Below, piece after piece: positions 9,001 to 17,662 of a DNA stretch of 20,000 nucleotides (positions are counted from its first letter, which is position 1; each line of letters opens with the position of its first letter). This DNA comes from Thraustochytrium aureum (Eukaryota): contig BLSG01000216.1 in NCBI GenBank assembly GCA_012862495.1, positions 354,425-374,424 of the forward strand. The letters run 5' to 3'. Below the pieces are notes generated by a model. It saw nothing but the letters and a program-made list of their open reading frames with translations, was not told the origin of the DNA and did not search any database. The position numbers and the translations under genes are program-made.

Positions 9001-11038
9001 AGGGGGACGAGAGAGAGTCTGCCGCCAGGCGCCTCTGTGAATTTGGTCCTGCGAAGGATGTGCTTTTCAACAACCGAGCCGAGCAGGCGCCACGCTTTGC
9101 GCTCCTCGTGGGCGACCTCCACGCTTTGGTTCCCATTGGCGCGAAAGTCCACAGCCTTCTGGATCGGGATTGAGATACTCCGGTTCCATTCGCTCTTGGA
9201 CGAGGCCGCAGGGATGGTGTTGATGAACGAGAGCTGCGAAAAGAGCTCGTCCATGTGGTTGTGAATCGGCGTGCCACTGAGGCACCAGCGGTGCACTGCC
9301 AACAAGCGGCTCGCCGCGCGATATGTCGAAGTCCCAGAGTTCTTTATTATGTGCGACTCATCCAGAATGACGCGAAACCACCTGTGCCGGAACAAAGGCC
9401 CCAGCGCGTTCCACATGGCCATCATGGTTGGGTTGCTATCCTTGAGTAGGAAGGCCTTTTCGCGCGCTTCGAGCGCGTCTGCGCGAGACGTGCGCGACCT
9501 GGGTGGGAGCCGCTTGCGTTTCACGCCCCCCCGCTCGTGGACGACCTGTCCTCGCTTGCGCAGTTCGCGGGGTGCTCGGCCAGGTCCCGTCCCGTCCTCG
9601 CGTCCTCGAGGGCCACGCGGCGGTCGCCCTCGAGCCGCACGATAGAGTAGGTGGTCAGGACGATGTCGAACTCGTCAAACCTGGCTGCCATGTCCTCTTT
9701 CTCGGCCTGGTTCAGTCCGTGGTACACGCCGACACGTAGCGCATTGCGAGAGAATTGCAAGAGCTCCTGGTGCCACTGCTTGACGAGCGAAATTGGCAAG
9801 ACGCACAACGTGGTCCTGGGCACTGACGCGGGGTCTAGCTTTTTGATTCTGGCCCAAGACTTGGGCGTGTTTTTCAGGATGAGCGAAATCGCCTCCTGAC
9901 GGCCATGGCGAGAGCGAGCGTTAGCGCACACCACGAGGTACAGATCGAGCGTTTTGCAATCGCCGCGCAGGCGCGCTTCGATGCGGGAGCTGGGGAACTT
10001 ACTATTGTTTTGCCCAGGCCCTGATCGTCGCCAAGGAGGCCACCGTTGTGCTTGAGCTCCGCGTTGTACATCCAGCTCAGCGCGGCATGCTGGTGAGGGT
10101 AGAGATCTGCGTTCAGGGTTCGTGGGATTGTGCAGAGCTCCAACATCTTGCCGTCTTGCACGCGCTCCATCGTCCGGAGCGCCTCCATCATTTTCTTCCG
10201 CATCTCTAGTTCTTGCTTGGCTTCCTCGTCGTCGGCAATCTCGAGCAGCTCGTCGTCGCCGCTTTCGCTGGAGTCGGAGTCGGAGCGGGCGTCGTCGTCA
10301 TCAACAATAAAGTCTTTCAGTGAACCTCGCTCGTCTTGGTCGTCTTCAGCTGCTTTGATCCCCGCTTCGCCGAGAAGATTCCCGTCGCTGTGTGTGGCGC
10401 CGTCTTTCGCCGCAACGCTTTTCGTGGCGTTGTGCCGGGCAGGGCGTCCCAGTCCGCAGTCACTGTCACTATCGCTTAGGGAAGCGTCCTCGCTCGTCAG
10501 CGGGGCTGCGCGGCTCGCTGCTTCCACAGGCGTCTCGTTTCCTAGCAGCTTGAGGAAAAAGTCGTCCTCGCCTCCTGACGCGTCCGCACGCTCACGCTCC
10601 GCTGTCTGCTCGGTGCCGATCTCGTTGACCGTCTGCGCGGCGCCAAGCCCGCGGCCCCGCTTCGCCTTTTTCCCTGTGAGGATGTCGTCAAGCGTCGGCT
10701 CAGCTTGGCGCTTGGATGGGGTGGTCTGGGCGTTGCCCTCGACTTCCTCCTCATCGCTGCTAAAGTCCAAGGTCACGTCGAACCTTATTTTCGGGGCCAC
10801 GGTGGGTTTGGCTGCCGTCTGCTTTGCTTGGGCGGGCTTTGCCACTGCTCGAGCTGGAGGATTCTTGAGCACAGGTTTGGCCGCAGGTTTTGTAGCCCGG
10901 GGTGCCGGAGCTTCTTGTGGCGCTACTGGCGCTGTCGCAGGCGTTTGGTGTGCGAGTCGTGAGCTCGCCGGCGCGCTCGCAGGCACTCGGGCCGCAGGCG
11001 CTGGCCTGGATGGCGCTGCAGCTATTTCTGCCTGCTGC
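6035..11038 (-). CDS. RAD5/RAD16-group SNF2 ATPase without RING, fused to a C-terminal BC-box-like motif and LRR domain (Rad7-like); start lies in or beyond N-run 11039-11340; one intron and at least three frameshifts
   Basis: Motifs occur in order: LYPHQ..W, GGLLGDDQGLGKTI (Walker A), TLCVLPISLVKQW, DIVLTTY, WFRVILDESH (Walker B), RWCLSGTP, ILRRTK, LRLRQFCDHP, SSKMLAL, KVLIFSQF, RLDGTM, SLRAGGLGLNL, DPWWN, QAVDRVHRIGQ. The same frame then gives TLVESCVKAL and repeated LxxLxLxxC units up to TGA at 6037-6035. Confidence 0.92.
9896..10002 (-). other. Spliceosomal intron (107 nt) in the SNF2 gene
   Basis: The minus strand reads ATA|GTAAGT...GCTAAC (branch point ~9920-9925)...GTCAG|GAG. Splicing joins GLGKTI to EAISLIL, restoring the canonical helix after Walker A. 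Confidence 0.92.
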
Positions 11039-11478
11039 NNNNNNNNNNNNNNNNNNNNNNNNNNNNNNNNNNNNNNNNNNNNNNNNNNNNNNNNNNNNNN
11101 NNNNNNNNNNNNNNNNNNNNNNNNNNNNNNNNNNNNNNNNNNNNNNNNNNNNNNNNNNNNNNNNNNNNNNNNNNNNNNNNNNNNNNNNNNNNNNNNNNNN
11201 NNNNNNNNNNNNNNNNNNNNNNNNNNNNNNNNNNNNNNNNNNNNNNNNNNNNNNNNNNNNNNNNNNNNNNNNNNNNNNNNNNNNNNNNNNNNNNNNNNNN
11301 NNNNNNNNNNNNNNNNNNNNNNNNNNNNNNNNNNNNNNNNGGGAATTACCTGTGAAATTTGTGCGTCAAGAGCTGACGCCGACCGACAGACCGAGCGGCA
11401 TTGCAGCGCAGAGTCGAATCGACCTGGGGCCACAGGGTTGCCGCGTGGGCTGCTGCGAGGAGGGAAGCGCGAAGCGTG

Positions 11479-12712
11479 ATGGCGTTCTGCAGTGCTGGCG
11501 CGGACGAACTGGTGGCGTCGCTGCTCGACCCGGAGCGGCCGACGTTTCTGTTCGGGTGCACCCCGCCGGCCGTCTCCACGGACGACGAGCAAGCCGCGCT
11601 CGTGGCGAGCAAGTTTGCCGAACGTGGACGTGTCCTGGCTGTGGACGGCTATGTGGTGTATGATGTGCAGGACGAGTCGGTGCGCACCGAGGCGAAGCGG
11701 CCGTTTCCGTACCGGGAGCTGAGGGAGCCGGCCTGGTTTGCGAGCCTGCTCGCCCAAGCGTCGCACAAAGGCTGCGTGGTCTACAAGGCCGTCACGTCCA
11801 TGGAGTCGGAGGATGCCTTTTTGAGCTGGGTCGAGGAGTGCGTTGACAAGTACGGCCACCGCGCGCTCAACATCGTAGGCGCCCCCTCGACCAGCGCGGA
11901 GAGCAGTGGGCCTTCGACCAAGCAGGCAAGCTTGGCCGTGGCCGCACGCGAGGGAGTTGAGTTTGGCGCTGTCTGCATCGCCGAGCGGCACTTGGCCAAG
12001 GCGAACGAGCACGCAATTTTGGCCCGCAAGGGCGAGTGGGGGGCCGAGTGGTTCATCACGCAGGGCATCTATGACGCCGAGCCAATGATCAAGGTTATCA
12101 ACGAGTACGGAAGCTTGTGCCGCAAGTCTGGCGCGAGGCCGCGCAAGACCGTGCTCACCTTTACGCCCTGCGGGCGGCGCAAGACGCTCGAATTCATCAA
12201 GTGGCTTGGCATGCGCGTCCCTGACGAAGTTGAGGCGCGCATCTTCGCCGACCAGACCGAGAAGAAGCGCCCAGTCCCGCCAGTAGAAATCAGCTGTACG
12301 CTGCTCTGCGAGCACTTGTCCGCCATTCTCGAGGCAACGCGCGAGTCTGGCGTGCCCCTCGGCATCAACGTCGAGTCCGTGAGCGGCTACAAGGACGAAA
12401 TCGACGCAACGCACGACCTGTTTCGCTCCCTGCAGGCGATCCTGCTTGACGCCAAGGTTTCCTCCCTGGGTGATTCGCTGGTCTCGCGTCGCTGCGCCGC
12501 CTGCGGTGCAGCTCGCCTCGGCCCCGACGCGCCGGGCACTCGTCGCAGAGGTCTCGCGCGGAACGCCAGCTCGCGCTTGCCCGCCACAGTCTGATGCAAA
12601 GGACGCACCGGCGCTCCCCATTTCTCTCGCTCTTGTTGCTGCCGTAGCGGCCGGGGCTGCGGCGTGCGGGCTCGTTGTTGGGGCGATGCTTGGGCGGCGT
12701 TATGGGCGCTAA
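11479..12712 (+). CDS. Bacterial-type methylenetetrahydrofolate-reductase-like (FAD-linked TIM-barrel) protein with probable C-terminal TM anchor; frameshift near 12455-12467
   Basis: Motifs FLFGCTPP, YDVQDESVRT..RPFPY, VVYKAV, GAVCIAERH..NEH, KGEWGAEWFITQGIYD, LTFTPCGRRKTLEFIKWLG and PLGINVESVS match my recollection of a divergent bacterial MTHFR-like family. The shifted frame gives PWVIRW..., a hydrophobic helix and GRRYGR-stop. Confidence 0.8.
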
Positions 12713-13185
12713 GCGCGCGTAGAGGACTGAACTGCGAGTACCGGTGCCCAAGTAGCAAACTTGGGCAGGCGAGATGTTGCGTGGCTTCCCTGCGATTGCC
12801 ATCGTCGAGGGCGCGACGGGAATGCGGAAGCCCCATGCCGAGCCGTGCCAGTGAATTGCGATGCGAGACAATGGCGTGCAGTTCGCCGCAATCGTTGTGC
12901 TTTGTTGTAGAATCGCCACGAGTAGATTATGACAAGTCATCTTCGTGGGGAATCTTCCGAGCCCTCTGCTCATTTTCACACCATCGTTAAACCCTCGCGG
13001 GGTTCGCGCGGCAATGGTTTGGCGCAAGTCGACTAAACAATAGGCCGTCGACTGGGCGTCTCGCTGCGCCGCTCAGGCTGCGCGCTGGAGAGGACGTTTT
13101 CAATTGCGTGCTCTGGTTGGCTCGGCGATCGAGGCTGTCTCGTCAAGCATGCCAGGCGGGCTCCGTGCGGTGCGCGCAAAGCCTG

Positions 13186-13312
13186 GCTGGGAATCACTGC
13201 GTCTGGCCTTTCGACGTGCGAGATGAGCACTCCTGCGAGGGCCCAGGAGCTGGGAATCACTGCGTCTGGTCTTTCGACGTGCGAGATGAGCACTCCTCCT
13301 CGGCCCTCGCAG
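13186..13312. repeat. Tandem duplication with 63-bp period: two 49-bp copies (1 mismatch), each ending in a 17-bp segment that is inverted in copy 2
   Basis: 13186-13234 matches 13249-13297; 13233-13249 is the reverse complement of 13296-13312 at 16/17 positions. Confidence 0.92.
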
Positions 13313-13700
13313 CTCGTTCACGCAGCAGGCGCACTGGATTTATGACCATGTTCAAATACTCGGCGTCAACAACTTGCTCAATCGACCAATCTTGTCATCT
13401 TTTGAGAAATCACCGTAACACACGACAGTCAGTTTGTGTCGCCGAGCACAGGCGCTTCAGGCAGCCAGAAGGACAGAAGCCTTGCCAGGCCAGAGGCGCT
13501 GAGCGGTTGCGGGGCTCGCTCTCGAAGCAACTCACGGTTAGGCCCGCGGCCGGCAGCTGGCGTCTTGCGCGCAGGGCTTGGCGACCTGGCACCGGCGAGG
13601 CCAAACGCGCATTCTGTTGTTTTTGGTCGAGCGCGGTGCCCGAAGCCCGAGTCCGGGCAACGCTGGACTGAAGGGAGGGAGGGAAGGAGGGAGCGGGAGA

Positions 13701-15305
13701 ATGGACCGCGACCTGGGTACGCCGCGGTTTCTGCGGCCGCTGCTCGGCGGTGGGCGAGTGGGCGATCAGGATGGACTCGACGAGCGCGGAGCGGCCGGTG
13801 TCGGCGACCGAGCGCCGATCATGCAGCGGGTGGCCTCGTACGAGCAGACGCACGCGCTGGATAGCGGCGAAGGCATCACAGGTTTGTTGGTGTCTACGTA
13901 CAATCTGACGAGCACCATCCTGGGCGCAGGCATCCTGTCGATTCCGTTCGCACTGGCAGAGTGCGGCATGGTCGTCGGCCCCGTGCTGCTGGCGGGCATG
14001 GCCGCCGCCTCGTCGCTGAGCTGCAACTTGGTCCTTTCCGCCTACCTTCGAACGGGGCGTGGGAGCTATGGCGACCTGGCTTTGTACCTGTTTGGGAAGG
14101 GCGCCTCCACGGTGGTGAAATGGGTGATCATCGTGCTCAACATTGGGGCGGCTTCCGGGTACATGCTAGTGATCAAGTCGCTCTTGCCTCGAAGCCTTTG
14201 CGAGCTGCTCGGCCACGGGTCTGTGTTTTGCGGGGACTCGACGCGGGAGGCACTGGTGACCGGGATTTTGGTGTTTGGAGTTGTTTTCCCGCTGTGCACG
14301 CTCAAGAGCCTGTCGTCGCTGCGGCACACCTCGATGCTCGCGTTTCTGTTCGCGGTGTTTCTCACGGTGGCGATCTCAGTTCGGTCTCTGCAAGGCGCCG
14401 GGGACTATTGCGAAGTGCGGCTTGCGCCTGTGGGCGTTCTGGGACTGTTCAAGGCGGCGCCCGTGTTTTGCTTCAGTTTTGTCTGCCACCTGAACGTGCT
14501 CCCTGTGTACGACCAGCTGCACAGCCGCACGCCTACCAAGATGCGCGCCGTGTTTCGCAACGCTATCCTCTTCGCCATGACGCTCTACTGCTTTGCTGGC
14601 TCGTTCGGCTACCTGCACTTCAACTGCGGGACGGTGCCCGACAACATCCTTGCCTTCGGGTACTTCGCAGCGGACGACATGCTGATCGCTGCTGCGCGCA
14701 TCGCAGAGGCGCTCACCTGCACGCTGGCGCTCCCGCTCATCCAGCACCCGACCAGGGTCGCCCTGCACAGCTGGCTGTTCAACGAAACAACGGAAAGCGA
14801 CGAGGACTCGAGTGACCAGCCCGCAGCGTCCAGGGGCCGTGTCGCGTCAGCCGGCGCCGAGTCGACTGCCGCCTCCAACGGGTATAGCCTGCTTGCGATT
14901 GATGAAGTAGAGGGCGAGGCTGGCCCTACGCCAAGCCCGGCGCTTGGGCAGGGCGCCGACGCCGTGGAGGTTGGATGGTGGTGCTCGCGGCGCGCGGTCC
15001 GTGCCGCGGAGGCGCTGTCGATATTGACGATCGGCTTTGTTCTGGCCCTTGTCGTGCCGAACGTGTCGATGATTTTCGGGTTGTTGGGTGCGACGTGCTG
15101 CTCGCTCGTGTGCTTCATTCTTCCCGGCGTGTTTTATCTGCGCGCCACGGAGCCGGTGATGGCCGAGGCAGCTAGCGGCCGGCCGAGCTCGGCCAAGGAA
15201 TCGGCGGCGATTCTGCGCGTCGTCCGCCAGCGTCGCTTGTCATGGCTCATGGTGGGTCTCGGCACCACGGTCGCTGTGCTGGGAACGATTGCCACGCTCG
15301 TCTGA
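13701..15305 (+). CDS. Amino-acid transporter, AAAP/SLC38/AVT family (about 11 TM helices)
   Basis: TM1 signature STYNLTSTILGAGILSIPFA, plus SYGDLA, PLCTLKSLSSLRHTS, PVFCFSFVCHLNVLPVY, GSFGYLHF and IFGLLGAT..FILPG. Uninterrupted ORF from ATG 13701 to TGA. Confidence 0.95.
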   Translation: MDRDLGTPRFLRPLLGGGRVGDQDGLDERGAAGVGDRAPIMQRVASYEQTHALDSGEGITGLLVSTYNLTSTILGAGILSIPFALAECGMVVGPVLLAGMAAASSLSCNLVLSAYLRTGRGSYGDLALYLFGKGASTVVKWVIIVLNIGAASGYMLVIKSLLPRSLCELLGHGSVFCGDSTREALVTGILVFGVVFPLCTLKSLSSLRHTSMLAFLFAVFLTVAISVRSLQGAGDYCEVRLAPVGVLGLFKAAPVFCFSFVCHLNVLPVYDQLHSRTPTKMRAVFRNAILFAMTLYCFAGSFGYLHFNCGTVPDNILAFGYFAADDMLIAAARIAEALTCTLALPLIQHPTRVALHSWLFNETTESDEDSSDQPAASRGRVASAGAESTAASNGYSLLAIDEVEGEAGPTPSPALGQGADAVEVGWWCSRRAVRAAEALSILTIGFVLALVVPNVSMIFGLLGATCCSLVCFILPGVFYLRATEPVMAEAASGRPSSAKESAAILRVVRQRRLSWLMVGLGTTVAVLGTIATLV

Positions 15306-15808
15306 CCGCTCAAGCGGCGCGTCATCGCCCTGCTCGAGGAGAATACGTGAGAGAATAGACATGGCACGGAGTTTCCTTGTGATTGAGTTGTTGCCGAATA
15401 CATTCGTCCCATTCGATGGGCCACGCCAGCGACGCAGGACCGCTTGATTCGCGCGGGAAGGTGATCCCTTGCACCAGCATCCGCGTTTCGGTGTCCAGCC
15501 ATCATGAATGATGCCAATGAGAAAGGAAGAAGCCAGCCGGCCGGCCAACTGGGACACATTCGCGGCGGTCGAAACGCGAAGGAGCGGGCACAACCAAGGA
15601 TACGTGCTCACTGTCGCCAAGCGAGCACTACGTACTCAGTGTCGCCAAGCTCGCTCGCGTCGTCCAGGACCTGCGGCACCGTCCCAATTGCCCATGACTC
15701 TGCAAAAAGTGCGAGCCCACCAAGTAGCGATTCGCAGGAGCATGCGCGAAAGTGAGCGAGTACCTGGGTAGTAGAGGAGAACNNNNNNNNNNNNNNNNNN
15801 NNNNNNNN

Positions 15809-15836
15809 AAAGACGTCGAAAGACGTCGAAAGACGC
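15809..15836. repeat. 10-bp tandem repeat (AAAGACGTCG), about 2.8 copies, next to a 26-nt N-run
   Basis: aaagacgtcgaaagacgtcgaaagacgc seen directly. Confidence 0.8.
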
Positions 15837-16320
15837 CTTCGAAGTTTTCTCGCCGCGAGTATTGGTCCGTTCGGGCAAGTCACTTGTTTGTACTCCTTGT
15901 CGATAGAAGCAAACGACCGCAAACAAACGAGGAAAGCAAGCGAGCTGTGCTCCACGGAGCGTCGGCCCAGGCTCGGTCGTCCACGGCGTTGCTGGGACGC
16001 GCCGCGAATCGGTCCCACTCGTGCACCAAACAAGGGAACACCACCACCACCACCGTGAGAGGCGTCGCGCTTTTTCCAGGGAGCCGTTGTGTGGGCGCGA
16101 GTGGGCAGAATCGTGAAATGCTCCACAGAATCGCGTTGCGAGGCCACCTGGGGAGGGCAACAGAGGCGCCCGGGCACGCACTCCTCGCACTGAGCCGTTT
16201 TCTTTCGCAAAGTCGAGTACTCTCTAGAGCTAGTAGTTGGGCCTATTCTTACGCACGGGGCAGGTTCATGTTGTCGGCGAATGCACGGGCGGCCAGTCCC
16301 AAATGCACGATTCAACCAAA

Positions 16321-16405
16321 CCTTCCCTCTTTTCTTCCCTCCTTCCTTCCTTCCCTCCCTCCCTCCGAGTCCTTCCTTCTGTCCTGCTTTCCCCCCTCCC
16401 TCCCT
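16321..16405. repeat. Polypyrimidine (CCTT/CCCT)n tract
   Basis: ccttccctcttttcttccctccttccttccttccctccctccctcc... Confidence 0.85.
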
Positions 16406-16903
16406 CGTCGCCCGCTCGGTCAGGCATTCAGCCTCCGTTCTTGGCCGCTCTGCTTGCGTCCCGCTCCTCTCACCTCCCTGCTGAACCGCCCCACTCCCAC
16501 TGGCCCTTCACGGGTGCATCTGAATTCTGAACAGATCCGCTCCAAGTGATCCGCCTCCTCGACCGCCGGAGCCACAGCAACATCGAAAATGGATTCCTCC
16601 CTCCACTTCCATTCCCCCCTCCACATCGTTCTCCCCTCCCAGCCCCTCCGAGTGCCTGCCGCGGCCCAAAACCACTGGTTTCTCTATCACCGCGGTTGCA
16701 TTTTGGCCAAATTCTGGTGCACGTTTGCTCGGCGGCGGTCTTTCACACCGCCGTGGCTCACTCTGCCAATCGCATCTCCTGCTCGCCGAGTGCTCACCCA
16801 AAAAAAGAAAATAAGAATAAAACAATTCAAGTTCGTGATAATAGTACCTGGGGAACTTTTACCCTTAGCCAAGCAGGCAAGCAGGCAAGCGGCAAGCAAG
16901 CAC

Positions 16904-16983
16904 AAAAAGGAAATGAAAAAAAGCGAAAACTGAATACAAAAAAAAGAGAAAAAGAGAAAAAGAGAAAAAAAGAAAAAAGAAAA
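16904..16983. repeat. A-rich polypurine low-complexity tract (AAAAAG-like units)
   Basis: aaaaaaaaagagaaaaagagaaaaagagaaaaaaagaaaaaagaaaag within an otherwise GC-rich window. Confidence 0.85.
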
Positions 16984-17662
16984 GCTGCTCTTCTTCTACA
17001 AAGGTATTGGAAGGTTCATCAGTAGTACCTAGTAGTGCCCCGAAGCGGGAGAGCAAACCACCGCCAGAGCGCGCGAAGGAGCGGCAGACGCGAGTCGCGC
17101 GCAGTGCAGGCACAGTCCGGCGAGGAAGGAGCGCAGGCGAGCTTTGCGGGGCGGGCCTCGAGCTCGAGGAACAAGGCCGCGGGACGAAGGGCGCCAGGCC
17201 GCCCACCCGCCTGCCGCGCAGCCGCGCGCAGCAGCGCCTCGCGCTATTGTAGAGGCCGGCCGGCTGGGACGCGGCCGAGCCCGGCAGCAAGCGCTTGGCG
17301 GGACTGCGAAGGAGCTGAGGCGAGCGGCGAGCTGCAAGACGCGGCCAGCTGCTGCGCTGGAACGCGAAAGGGCGAGCCGGGCTGTCCGAGGACCGCGAAG
17401 GGCTGGGACGCGGGTGGGACTCGCCGCGCGGTCTTTCGTGCAAAAGGAGGGACACCTCTCGGTCTCGCGTAANNNNNNNNNNNNNNNNNNNNNNNNNNNN
17501 NNNNNNNNNNNNNNNNNNNNNNNNNNNNNNNNNNNNNNNNNNNNNNNNNNNNNNNNNNNNNNNNNNNNNNNNNNNNNNNNNNNNNNNNNNNNNNNNNNNN
17601 NNNNNNNNNNNNNNNNNNNNNNNNNNNNNNNNNNNNNNNNNNNNNNNNNNNNNNNNCCGGTG

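Noticed and set aside
7560..9173. 537-aa plus-strand ORF (likewise 10130-11479)
   Set aside because: Antisense shadows of the SNF2-LRR gene.
11341..12621. N-terminal part of the 915-aa minus ORF as part of the SNF2 protein
   Set aside because: It is antisense to the MTHFR-like gene and joined to the SNF2 frame only through an N-run.
13186..13312. CRISPR array or hammerhead ribozyme
   Set aside because: Only two repeats with a 14-nt spacer, no cas genes and a eukaryotic context; no CUGANGA and GAAA core on the same strand.
16865..17025. Lys-rich ORF (plus) and Phe-rich hydrophobic ORF (minus)
   Set aside because: Translation products of the A-rich low-complexity tract.
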